The position numbers were made by a program, and so were the translations under genes. The notes beneath the pieces were generated by a model. The model saw nothing but the letters and a program-made list of their open reading frames with translations. It had not been told where the DNA came from and did no database searches. DNA of 63,239 bases, counting the filler, from Reticulomyxa filosa (lineage: Eukaryota > Protista > Foraminifera), in NCBI GenBank assembly GCA_000512085.1. It is 14 parts of 14 records of this genome, joined end to end, with 100 filler letters (N's around TTAATTAATTAA, not from the genome) between each part and the next. Parts side by side here need not be neighbours in the genome. Positions count along the whole stretch, not along the records: positions 24,008 to 34,676 come from ASPP01026919.1; positions 34,777 to 38,195 come from ASPP01005007.1; 12 more parts are not named here. One strand, given 5' to 3'. Each line of letters begins with the position of its first letter. Within the stretch, counting starts at the first letter, position 1. Below, one piece after another: positions 25,210-38,195 of the stretch.

Positions 25210-27723
25210 AAACGGCGATATAGTGCTGGACTGTTCCACGAACGTATTAGCCAGTGTAGGAGACTTGCCGCAGACATACAACATGGCAATGGAAAATCCA
25301 ATGACGCCATTTTCATTATCGACCAGGACAAAAATGTTGCTGGGTTGGAACGTAGTAGTAAATGGATCCTTGCACTATAGCACAATTTTGAAACTGCTAC
25401 GTATGTCTTCGATGTGGGGCGATGAAAATGGTCAAGTCCGGACAACTCACTCTCGAATGGATGTCACGGTGTATGAATTGATTGGACAAAGACTACTAGA
25501 CATCGCACCACTCCAACCTCCTTCAAGCCGTATCAAAACAAGTTCACCCTTTGCAAATATGAGAGATAACAATAATAATAATAATAATTATTATTATTAT
25601 TATTATTATATGTATCACTACAATTTGACAAATCACCATGTATACCAATCCACATTGCAAATAAACCGATTTGACAATGAGATCAAGTTAATGGCAACTA
25701 CCGATATCGCATCTGGACTACCCTTTCCTTCCACCAACACAAGTGAAGGCGGACACTATCGAAAATATTCGATGAGCCACAATCATGTGACGTACTCTTT
25801 TGCAGCTGACGATGATATGTTTTTGCACGTGCTGTACGCGTTGCCCAATCGAAGTAGTGAACTCATTACCCCTTCAACAGGTCTGACATCTTCAATTTAC
25901 GCTCATCGATTGTGCTCCTTCTCTTCAAATCACACCGATTCATTGCTTGTGTATACCTCTCATCATTCTCTTCATTTCGTCCCTCTCACTCCGCTCAATC
26001 CAACTCGACAAACGTTTACTCAGGTCATTTCACATACTTTGCTGGACTTGACTTGCTTTAATCTTGACAATGACAAACATGCTCCCTTCATTGTCGTTTG
26101 TGGTTTGTCCATTTCACGCGATTCTATCCTTTGTTATACGTTATCATGGACAGTTTCGATTTTGGATGATCATTACGGTTTGTATACGTTTCGGATCGAC
26201 ACCCCAGTCGCAGACGTCCCTGTTATATCGCATCCCGAAATCATCCTATCATATGTTATCACCACACCTTTCGTAGGTTCCTCCTCGTTTTCGTCGAGAA
26301 CATTCCAAGGAGAGGGAAAGGAAAACGACGTAAGTATTTTGTGTTACACGACGGCCGGTAATGAAGAGAAAAGTAAAGGTATTCCTGCAGCAGTTCACTG
26401 TGGGAATATCACATTTTCATTGTCGGCGAAATATGCACAGTGGCTTGTTCAACGTACTTCACATCCTTTATATTTGCAAAACGTTCGATGGGATCCCTTG
26501 TCGTTGTCGTCTTCTTCGCTCGTTCCATCCCTTCAATTGCTCTTCTTAACTAACAATAGTCATAATATTGTTGACATCTCTTGCTTTACGAATTTTGATA
26601 TTTTTTGTTAGATTTGTTTTTTATTTTTATTTTTTTATTTTTATTTTTTTTTTTGATTTGTTTGTTTCATTAAACCACAAAAAAAAAAGTGGGGATCCAG
26701 GACCCCTTATGAAATTGTTCGAGGTGGTCCATTATTACGAATGCAAAAAAAAAAATAAATAAATAATAATAATAATATAACAATGATAACAAGTGAATAC
26801 AACAGATCCGCCAAAACAAGCGAAAGAAGATAAATCACGTGTGTCAAGACATTTGGCAAAATATGGAATTATCTATTTTGTTGTGTTAATATTTCTGATT
26901 GGATGCATTTTGTTTATGGTGCGGGCATATTACATTAATGATGTTTAGTTCTAAGTCTCGCTGTGAACAGTGACAATAGTAAAACCCCAGCCGAATACGT
27001 TTACTTTTGTTACTGTTATACGACTGGATAAATAAATAAACACATGAATATGGTGTCTTTTTGTGCGTGTTTTGATGCCGAAAGGATCGTGCAGTGGGAG
27101 AAAACATCTTATATTGTAGCGATTTTTGTCCATGCATTCGACGTTCACCGGTTCAGGTACAAACAATAAAACCAGTTTCGAAGAAAACTTCCGTTGTTAC
27201 CCCAATTAAAGAACCTCCGATTCAAACCCTTCATTCAGGTTGGCTATGGAAACAGTACATTATTTTATTTTATTTCAATTGACACAGAAACTTAAAAAAA
27301 AAAAAAAAAAAAAACGAAATGAAGAAAAAAGTTTAAATAAGACCAATCGATGCAGTACCAGTAGAAGTGACTGTACCTCCTACTCGTCATCGTGCACGCA
27401 CAGTGGCAATAACGGAAAGACTGAAACGAATGGTGAACAAATATCCTCATGATGTTACACCACAAGTGATGGCCGCTCAAAAAGTGAAGCAGCCAAATCT
27501 GCAAAATTCACAAGTGCCAATACAACCGAATACATTTCCTCAAATTACAAGCACTGGAAATGATGTACCAACTACTGGAGACGTATTTTTCAATACTAAT
27601 CGAACAACACACCTTTCCAAGGAGTTGTCCATTACAGAGCTTGTGAAAGACCTTGAAGACGTGGAATTGGAAACATTGTTGATGCAAAATGATGCCAAGA
27701 ATCGAACTGGCACGACTAAGTAA
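25210..27723 (+). CDS. Single-pass (type I-like) membrane protein with large ectodomain, multi-exon; start probably further upstream
   Basis: Long ORF 25145-26611. Exon ~26806-26943 encodes a TM helix YGIIYFVVLIFLIGCILFMV. Downstream exons ~27094-27253 and ~27342-27723 form a cytoplasmic tail. Confidence 0.6.
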
Positions 27724-28322
27724 AAATTTATTAAACGAGAAATATTACAACAAACAAAAAATTAAAACGGGCAGTAAGCATACTTTATCGTCTTTCTTCC
27801 TTTTTGTCATCGTCAGATTAATATTTTTCATGGTGTTTCTTGAAATATGTTTTGTGAATGGTTTACATTAAAGGTTATTTATTTCATTTTGAGGACATTC
27901 CGTACCTGTTTCTTTTTATGATATAATTTACTGATTTTTTCCACAAAAATTACAACAAAAATCCAAAAAAAAAGCATTCATAACCCAAATTTTTTTTGGC
28001 AAATTGTGGATCAATTCTTATTATTAAAAATTATCTGGTAACCTCAGTGGCTGGGAAACTTTTTTTATACGTAGGGTGCGCAACGGAACTGAAGAAGATA
28101 ATCCCATAAACGAACCCTTCAACGGACATTTGATCATGGTATCAGAAAAGTTTATACAATTAATAAATTAAAGCATCCAACAATGAATTCGGTTGAGATG
28201 ATGAGTTTTTGATTAAATTGAAAATCTTCAGAAAGCGCTTAAAGTTCAACAAGAGATACCCATAAAGCTTAGGTTAGAAGAAACATTATTCACAAATCTA
28301 ATATACCAAAGGGTAAAAAAAA

Positions 28323-29740
28323 CTATGTTGGTTTGGTACTGAAAAGAACCGGACTTTGACTTGGCATTTGAGAAACTCTGGATTGATCAGAGGTTAGCCA
28401 GACCATTTGAGACAGTTGTGACTCTCGTGGATTTAAGAAAAGATGTCGAGAGCAACACCTCTGGCAGTATTTGGAACGTATGCAGCATCCAAAAGTAATA
28501 TTGAAAATAAAATCGCCGAACTGAAAGACCGACATCATTAAAAGAGAATTGAATAGAAAGACGAGAGGAACAAAGGTGTAAGCTCGGTCTTGAAAAATAG
28601 CAGCAATTAAACATAACGTAGTTAAACTTAATGTTCCGCTACAGGCGACAATACATGCGCGATACATTTTTATTGCTCTCGCTCGAGAAATTCGTTCTTC
28701 ATTCGTGCTTCCTTTCCGTTGTAAAGTGGGGAATTCGAATATGCAGAGGTATTTGTTCCAGATAATTTTTTCAGACGGTCTCCCAACATCTTCCATTTCA
28801 AATAATAATATATACAAGCGTCGAATATAACAATATGCTAGTGTCACATTTACCAATACTAAGGCCATTCCTTTTTTTTTTTTTTTTCAATAGTATATTA
28901 TTAATCAATTTTTTTTTAATATAAAAAATTCATATATTTCAGAGAACAAAAGAACCTACCAAGAATTGAGTATGCTCGTTCGTACCAAACGTTCCATCCG
29001 CCACAGATATACAGTTCATCGGTCCCAAATGGGTTAAAGTCTAACGTGACCAACTTGTCCGCGCAATGTTGATCTGTAGTCATTAATGTAGCTATAACAA
29101 CCCCACAAATTACGAGGAAGATACAAATAGTGTTAATCGATCGAATTGTAAATTTTGATGTCGACAGCGCTGTTCGTTGAAAAATCCACTGCAAACGTTG
29201 GCACCAAAACAATGAATCCGAAGCTCCGGCTATTGATAACGAGGACCAAGTAAGTACTAATTTTCGGGTATACGCACATCGTATGCACATGTATATATGT
29301 ATATGTGTATATTATATAATACACGTCATACGATACGTATAACATATATGTTGTACAGACACTATTGACTCAACCGGGGAATAAATTACAGTACAGTGGA
29401 TACTTCAGAGCCCATTTCCATCGCAATGACGCTCCAAAATGAATTAAATTTACTTTGGTTTTGTTCGCATGTGTTGTGTTCAAACAAACAAATCATTTGC
29501 ATACATATGAAAGTGTACATACGTATATACTTCTTGTGTTGTAATAACACTTATATCCCTCTACCATTCCCTTTCTTTCAATGCTTCTTTTTTTTGGTCT
29601 TTGTGAAACTTACTCAAATCATAAAAGAGAAACGAGTATTGATAGCTAAGGAAGCATGCGTTAAGAGAGACTGATCCAGCACGAGGTATGTTTATGGACG
29701 AGTAAATCGCAGTCAGGAATTGAAAAAATGTACAGACGCT
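28323..29740 (-). CDS. Multi-pass (7TM/GPCR-like) membrane protein, multi-exon; 5' end unresolved
   Basis: Successive hydrophobic segments (VCTFFQFLTAIYSSI; ICIFLVICGVVIATLM; MALVLVNVTLAYCYIRRL; ACIVACSGTLSLTTLCLIAAIF; FVPLVFLFNSLLMMSVF) and a Cys-rich tail. Confidence 0.55.
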
Positions 29741-30553
29741 TTGTTATTTGTTTTGTTTGTTTTGTCTTTAGTGCGGTCATTATTTCGTAGTTTCTTAAGA
29801 AACAAACAAGCAAACTGCGTGGTCACAGAATAAAAACAAAAAACACTAGATTACAAACCATTTTTCACCTGAGAATTAGAAAACGAGATCCAGTAAAAAC
29901 ACTCACGGAACCGATACAATGCCGAAGCGCCATCTTCAGGGTTTTTTGAAATATCTTCGTTTCGTGCACAACCCGTTTTACGTTTTTGGAAACAGTACCG
30001 GCTGTGCAAGCTCTCTACTTCAGTTATTTTTTTTGAAAAAATATAACTTAAAACCAAAATGAAACTTTTTAGAATGCAGTCCATAACAATACATTTCTTT
30101 GGATAGTAAAAATTTTATTTTTTTTTGAAATACTCTCATTTGTATCAAATGTTATGTGTATTTTATTGCGCAAGTAGATCTTGTAGCTTAGTTTTTGAAT
30201 GAGATAGCTTTTTGCCGTGGGTTGCTAATTTTTTCACATTGCCAACAACAATCTGCCTTTATTTTTTCCTAATGCTGAGCATTTAAAATAAAAAAAGCTT
30301 TTCCATCACACAAAAAACGAAAATAATTAGGTATAAAACGGCAACAACAGAAGATGGAAGCAAAGAGAACAAAATAATTTTTTGTAAAGCCGACAATGTA
30401 AAGACAAACACTTGTCTTATCAGTCAGGGAAAACATTTTCAATTTCTTTGAAGTGGTGTGAGTTTGAGTTGATCAAAAATTTATAAACTACCTGACAGAA
30501 CAACATAAAATTGTACCTTTTGAAACTCTTATGTTTATTAAGTTTTTGTTTTG

Positions 30554-31601
30554 TTACATAAGAGAGCAACAACCCGAGCTCTCACTCTTCACTTGTTTTG
30601 AATTTCCAATGTTCACCACCGGTTTGGCTTGTGGAGCGGGTTGAGTTTGCATCCTTTGTTTAGTATTTGTATATAATTTCATGTGTTTTTTTGTTTATGA
30701 GTCGCGCAAAACAAATTGCAAATAAATAAATAAATTACTTGTTTTTAATTTGAGCTGCCATAGTTAAGAAAGCTTGTTCGACGTTTGTGGCATTTTTGGC
30801 AGACGTTTCAAGAAAAGGAATGTTCAGTTCATCTGCAAAGGCTTTTGCGGACTGTTTTAGGTGTTGGGAAATTAACAAGCAATCATTGTTTTTATACGTA
30901 GTGAGAGAACAAAAAGGGGGATGGGGGTGAATGAAAAAGGGAAAAAAAAAACTCTACTAATAGGCACTTTCAAGGGTGGGACAGCATAAAAAAAAAACCT
31001 GAACCTCATATTCCACAGCTCGTTTATTTTTCAAATCGGCTTTATTTCCCACCAACAATTTGCACACTGATTCACTTGCATAACGGTCAATTTCAAATAA
31101 CCATTGTCTGACATTGTCAAATGATTCCTTGTCTGTTATGTCATAAACAATAATAATGCCATGAGCACCACGATAATACGACGATGTTATCGTACGGAAT
31201 CGTTCTTGTCCTGCTGTGTCCCAAATCTGCAGCTTTATTGTCTTTGTATCTGTTTTTTTTTTTTTTTTTTTGAGCGGTGTTGGTCAAAATCAATTTTCTT
31301 TTGCAAAAGTCTCAAAAAAAAGTAACCCTCTTTTTTATTGATGAGGCACTTTCAAAAAAAACTTTACCTAAGTCAACAGTTCTGATCTTGAAATCAACTC
31401 CAATGGTACTTATATACGAGTCAGTGTAGGTGTCATCAGCGAATCGAAGCAATAAACATGATTTACCAACACCTGTCATTTTTTTTGTTGGCGTTTTCTT
31501 TAATTTTCTTCCTCTTTTTTTCTTAAAAAAAAAACGTGGTTAAGCGTACCAGAATCTCCAATGAGCAATAATTTGAATAAATAGTCATACTCTGCGCTCA
31601 T
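30554..31601 (-). CDS. RAB1: Rab1/Ypt1 GTPase, 5 exons (not in ORF track)
   Basis: Spliced translation [83 protein letters not shown]...LVGNKAD...[16 protein letters not shown]...SSGCCSLM*. All four introns are GT-AG. Confidence 0.97.
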
Positions 31602-32099
31602 GATTATCTTGCAATGTTTTTTATGTGAAGAAATGCGTGGAAATGAACCAGATACAACGTAACACCGAACAAAAAACGCATAGCTGCCCCCCTCGAGACC
31701 CTAGCCTCCTCAAGGCACACCACAAAACAAAAAAGTAAAGTGACGACTGTTAAATAAGAATTATTTATTGTGATGATAACAAAAAAGCAACAAAGTTGAT
31801 TGCATTTGAAATAATAAATTTCTTCTTAAAGCTGATATTTTTATTATCAATAAGTTGTTTGTTGTATGAAAGACGTAACGATATAGAGAGCGTCACTGTC
31901 TGTGAATCTGCCACACTTGATTTAGGAACCAGCGGCGAAAACTAAAAGATAAACTTGCAACAAAGTTTTGTTTTAATTTGAACGAAGTGAATTTGGAGTT
32001 GTCATTAAAACCTTTGCCTAACAAGCAAAAAAAAATTAACACTATTTAACGCGCGAAATTGAATCAAGTAAGAAAAAAAACTACAAAACGTATATGTAT

Positions 32100-33943
32100 T
32101 CAAAAACAATGGACCCGAAAACCCAAGACTTGAAAAATGTGTTTCAACTTGTCAAACGGTACATAAGAAATTAAATGATGATTGCCGAGTGTCTGGTCAA
32201 TAAAATCGGAGACCGAAGTTTGAGGATTGACCATTTTTAATTTTAATTGAGTGCGACAACGACAATCGACATGTTGCTGTTGAACAATCGTGGCATTGGC
32301 AATGACGACATCCCTGTCTCGCAGTTTCAAAATGGTAGCTTGAGGACTACTTTCGCGTCGATGTCCAATCAGGTCAACGTCCAGAGACACCCCTTTGCCA
32401 CTTTCAAAATGTGACACAACGCTGTACGTATTCTTCCCGATCGTTAAAGGGGCCGTGCAATGCGAAAACGTCACTGTGTTGCTCTCGTTATCAAATTCGG
32501 TTAAATTTGCCATAAATGGTTTTTCATCACAAAACTCTCTATTTTGTTACATTTTTTTTTTTTTTTAAAAAAAGACAATGAACAATTTATTATTATGTAC
32601 GGACACTATGTATACGTATGTGCACACAAAAGAAAAACAAAGTTAACTTGACAACAGTCATGGCCAACAATGATGTTAATTCACCTTCACAAGCAGCCGA
32701 TATTTTTTTTTGTCCAGTCGAACAATTGTCCATTCCATTAATCAAGGCCAAGCTTAGGCACGGTGTGGCACCCAAATCCCCGATCAGATCAAAGCATCCC
32801 AAGGTCATCCCATTCAATTTGTACTTGTCAATGATTTCCATTAATGCGTAATGAATTTTTCCAGCGATCCACAAATCGGATTGCGAAACATCGGAAATTT
32901 CCACTGCGTTTGCTATTATCGGTTCCAACATTTTTTGCACGCGCTTTTTTTTTTCTTCTGATCCGACGGTACCGTTATCCCCATTCTTGTTGCCCTCAAT
33001 TGCCGAAAATGTGTCTTTCAGCTCCTGTTTGCCGATCCTTTGTACTCGACGCTGGAAATAATGATTGGTCGACAACACCGATTGTTCGTTGATCAGCCAA
33101 GGACTAATGTCACCAATCAATCCAAACTTAAAGTTCAAATACTTTCCCAGTACGCTTATGTTGTCTGCATACTGCTGCAATGCATGCTCAAAAGAGGAAC
33201 GATCATGCGTGTTGCACAGTTGGGAGGGAATCAAATGATTTCGAAAGTATTCACGTATTTCTATCGCTGCTGCCAACGAATTACTATAATTGTGGCCTTA
33301 TTTTTTTGTTTTGTTGGCATGTTATTACTTTTGAGAGCTTTCAATGTCTTAAGTGTTAAAGAATTACTATCCCTTAACTAAAATAAATTTTTTTTTGCCA
33401 AAGGTGTCATTTTCGCACTTTTTGATTTTTTTTTTTTTGCGAAAAGTGTCAAAAAAATTGGGCTCTGACATTTATTGCACAGTCGTTTTTTTTTTTTAAA
33501 TGAACACAAATAAACATATTTTGGATAAATGTAAGAATTTTTTTCCATAAGTGCGTACCAAGGAGAATGACAGGCTTATTGACGTGTTCCAAAATCTGGA
33601 ATAAACTTTCAGTACCACCAGAAAGAATAAGTCCCACTATTATATCAACATCGGCAAATTGCTGTTGCAACGACTGGATCTGGTCCGGAGTGATTTGATT
33701 CATAAGACTGGGCTTCTTGTTTTGAAACAACAGATTGTTAAGGTTCACCACGTGATTGCTGCTGTTCAACACATTGAATTTTGATTCCAATTCGTTCACA
33801 TGTTCATCTACCATGTGCTTAAACTTTTCCGTACTTTGCATCAAACTGCAGCCATACGCGAATCCAACCCTTGCGTTTAATTTCGATTTTGCTGAAGCTG
33901 AGAAGCTTCGAACAGAGGCAGCATATAAAGAGAAACGTTTCAT
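32100..33943 (-). CDS. L-fucose isomerase/L-arabinose isomerase-like protein with putative mitochondrial presequence, exons 33943-33559, 33296-32648, 32538-32100; 490 aa
   Basis: ILSGGTE, NSLAAAIEI, GLIGDISPWLI, LGCFDL, TPCLSLALIN, ACEGE, FMAN, FSHCT.P, SHFESGKGV, CRTQL and LGNHH match recalled prokaryotic FucI-like proteins in order. Both introns preserve frame. Confidence 0.8.
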
Positions 33944-34283
33944 ACTTTCCAAAAAATGTCAACCTAACAAACAAAAAAAAGAAGAACACACCGCAAAAAA
34001 TAGTAAATATATAAAATCTTTCTTTTTTTTGTGGTAATTATGCAAATATTGTACAAAAACAGGTAAGTTATGACAGTAAAACTGAACAAAAGAAAAACAA
34101 ATTTTTTTGAACTGAAGAAGAGGGGGAGAGGACACAGGGAAGAAAAAAAAACTTTTACATAATAGCAGGACAGCAAGCTCACCAGAAAACGGAAAAAAGT
34201 GAAAAAAGCCGCTTGCTCCAGGAGACTACAAACATAATAAGAAGTGCAAGCTGGCGCAAGTCCTTTGAAAAGTACCTGGAAAA

Positions 34284-34638
34284 ATGAAGAAGTCCTCGAA
34301 ACCCATTCTACGTCAAAACAGTGCAATGACGTTGTCAAAGATGGAAAAAAAGAGCCGAGTGCAAAAAGAAAAAATAAGCATAGACGATTTGTCGATTGAC
34401 TTTGGAGACAATGAAACAGAGACTTCAAAGAGGAAGAACAAAATGAAGCTCAGAGCCCGTCATGTTCAGACATTAAACGAAGATAGTAGTTTGGATGAGC
34501 ACGAAGACACAAGCAGCAATGATAACGGTGATAAGAATAGTAATGACAATGAGAATCATAATCATAGTAATGACACAAACACTGACAATGACAATACGAA
34601 TAATAATAATAATAACAGTAATAATAATAGTAATAATA

Positions 34639-34676
<38 letters not shown>
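34284..34676 (+). CDS. Hypothetical protein, 5' part, running into a poly-Asn tract and a gap
   Basis: Open frame from ATG, divergent from the FucI-like gene, ending in (AAT)n. Confidence 0.55.
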
Positions 34677-35999
34677 NNNNNNNNNNNNNNNNNNNNNNNN
34701 NNNNNNNNNNNNNNNNNNNNTTAATTAATTAANNNNNNNNNNNNNNNNNNNNNNNNNNNNNNNNNNNNNNNNNNNNATTAAATTCTGCAAAAAAAATTTT
34801 TTTGTTAACAAAAAATTGATTTTTCTCAAAAACTACTCAACGTAGAAGACTAATTTTTTTACAAATATCTATGCATTGAGAACTTTCTGAAAATGCTTTA
34901 AAAAAAGTTGGCAAGTTTCATTGTTACAGCATAGTCACAATTGTCAACTTTTTTCTCGAAAATTTTCAAATTTTTAAACAATTAGTAAATATGTAATAAA
35001 AAACTAAATTCAAAATGATATTTAAAAAGTACACGATTTATAGATATTTTAAAAAAATTATGTATGAATGTTGTTTTTCATGTAGAAAATCAATTATCTA
35101 TAAGGTACCGTTTTAGTTATCAACTTTACTTTGCATTTTATCCCAAAAACGAATTGTATTACAATGTGATCCAGAATATATCACATTTGAATTATTCTTT
35201 ATTACAAATAGTGAATATTCAACATATTCATCCAATTTGTATATCAATTGAATACTTGAATTTGTCGACAATGTGAAAGAATATCACTAAATTTGACAAT
35301 GGCATAGATGTTATATGCTAAGAAGTAGACTCAGTATTATGCAAGTTGTAAAATGCTTCAAGATTAGCGTTAGTGCAGTTCATAAATGAAAAAAACTTAT
35401 AACGCAACAGTAAACGTTAAAGAAAACTTAAATCAGTAAGAAAATGTACTATTTCATCCAGAATCAAACAAAGTATAGTCAGATTGCTTGTTGAAACTGC
35501 ATATACATTAAGACGCTGTTATAAAATGAATAGAACGTTGTTGTTTACAGATAAACAGTCAGCATAGCGCTTAAAATATGAGGATGTGTGCTATAACAAA
35601 AAAAAGAATCAATACTTATCGGTAGATTATAAAAAACTGCTATTAGAATTTGCAAAGATTGGACAGCAGACTGGAAAAAGAAACAAAAGTGAGTAGTGTT
35701 GTGAAGAAGGTTTTAACCCGCTGGGGCTCCCCGTTCACTTAGCACTTAAAGATCGTAATATGGCCTTATCTTACATAAGTATGCAACATCAGCAAGAGCA
35801 AATGAAAATGATCTTTCAAAGAAAAAGTCTATAACATGTAGGTTAAATTGCACTTTAATCGAAAAATTTTAATGCCACTATTCAAGCATAAGTTTCAAAA
35901 CAAGCGCTTAAAATGTTTTGTAAGACATAAATAGAAGTTTTAAACTAAAACTTTTCGTGAACGACGAGAAAAAGGAGAGTCATAAGGGGGAAAAAGAAG

Positions 36000-38195
36000 A
36001 TGGTGGCCCAAAATGTGAAGCACGCAATATGTTACATTGAAATAAGTATTTTTGTCTTCTTCGCCTTATTAGTGGGTTATGAATTGAAAAAATATTGGGA
36101 AAAACGACATGTGCCAGCAATATCAAAACGATACTGGCAGGTAGTAGTGATCTTGAACGTTGTCGTGATAGTCTATTTGCTCGTGGAAAAAATTTGCGGA
36201 ATATTGCAATACAGTGATATATTGGATAAATGGCATTTGTGGTTGGCACTTCGGATCCGCTCTTTTTTCTTCGTGAGTACACCAAAATTGGTTGTGTATT
36301 GTTTTTTATGTCGAGGTTGGCATTTGTTTTACGACATCAAATTTTCAATTTCTTCTCAATCGGGACAATGGACACAATACATTGCCAAGACTCATCATCT
36401 GTACAATTGGTATTTTATGCATAAGCAAACGTATGGATCTTTAAAATGGACACTGGCACGAGTCTTTGTCCCTACGTACGTCATTGGACAAATTATTGCC
36501 ACGTTACGTTTCCCTTTCGTATGTATGCGATACGTATACGTGTGTGTGTATGTGTGCATGTATAAATATATATATACGTATATAAATATGTACGTATATT
36601 TTGCCTGTCTTTTTTTTTTCTTTAGGTCACTTTTGGAGTTGACAGGAGTGGGACTATTTTTTATTGCGGATTACGTATTTTATATCATTCCATTGGTCTT
36701 GTTTCTAGTGATTTGGTTCAAAACACCTCAATTCAATGACGAATTTCGAGTCAGGTTAAAAGAAGAGGAAATATTTGTATTGCGTTTTATATTTTGTATT
36801 TTGTATTTTGTATTTTGTGTTACATGTATACGTATATCTCATTTTATAATTTTCAAAAAAAAAAAGGGACGAAATGAACATAACACTACGAATTGGCTCG
36901 GTCGCAATAATTGGTTACATTGCCGTGGGTGTAATAACAACCTTCCAACTACTCAACGACTACTGGGTTTCGATTGCCACATTGGCTTTTTTTGCGACGA
37001 TCTTTTGGATGTGGGCGATGCTGACCACTTATTGGATTTTGAATCGAGCTCATATCGATCTAAAGCCGTCTTCATTTGACACAAAAAGGTTTTTTTCTCT
37101 CTCTCTCTCTCTCTCTCTTTGTTACAGTGGAACTCGATATATGTACGACAATACACACAAAAGGAAATCACTTTTGCAAATGTAAAATAGAGAACACTCT
37201 GGAAGCGCCAATACGCAAACGTACAAGAAAACCCCATCATTTACTGAAAGTGGACAGATGGAACTAGTCCATGGAGGCGCGAACGACACTACTTCAAGCG
37301 CTCAAGGACACAAAAAAAAAACGAAGAAAAAACAACCCACACAACTGGCCATGCTGGATATCCTTCGAGATCGGGTTGGCTTGGAGTTGTTCATGGGACA
37401 TTTGTTGCGAGAGTTCAGCCCCGAAGGTGCATCACAACGTATACGTAAATAAAAACAAAGAAATTTTTTTTATTTTTTTTTTTTACGTAAAAAGTAAAGT
37501 TCAAATTGCTCTTTGGAAAATGCTGAGTGTTTGTGTTGTATCCGTCCATATTTTTTTTTTTTTTTTTTTAACTTTGTTAAAAAAAAAAAAAGGGATTTTA
37601 GGATTGATTGAAATATGCCAGTTTCATCATATCGCGCAAGAATACTTTGCCTTGCAAGCACAGCAAACGATCAAGGAAAGCAACGAAACAGTATTGATAG
37701 CACCCGTTTGTGGGCAGTCCCCTTCGACGTCCCTCGTGAACGAACACGTACCAAGCCACAGCGTGCAGCCCCCTTTTTTGGGAACGACTACCAGCGAAGC
37801 GAATGAGAAGGAGGAAGAGATTGCACATCATTTACCTTTGTCTTCACAGTGTTCAGAAGAACAAACACAAGCAATCGAACTTGGACTCATCGCCAAGTCG
37901 AGTGCGACGATGAAGGGCCAAGATATGGACGTCGCGGAACAGAAACCGGCTCAAAGTGATTGCAACGAGTCTCTTGGTAAACAAACATGGCTCGACAAGC
38001 TAAAAGCCAAAAACAAAAAGACAGATCCAGGCCTCTTCCACTACTATTTAAATAAGCACATCATGGTCTGTTTTCCCTCTAATGTTCCTCGTTCTGATAT
38101 TGTCTTCGACCATTCGTTGACTTTGGAACAAAAAGCGATTCGAATCGTCGATGTAAGAGACCGGTCTCTTTTTTTTTTTTTTTTTTTTTTTTTTT
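36000..38195 (+). CDS. 7TM-RGS protein (multi-TM region + RGS domain with long insertion), 3'-truncated
   Basis: Six to seven hydrophobic helices. Intron 36755-36866 gives FNDEFRVRDEM. Then MLDILRDRVGLELFMGHLLREFSPE|GILGLIEICQF (RGS pattern L..IL....G...F..FL..EFS.EN) across intron 37427-37592. Confidence 0.8.
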
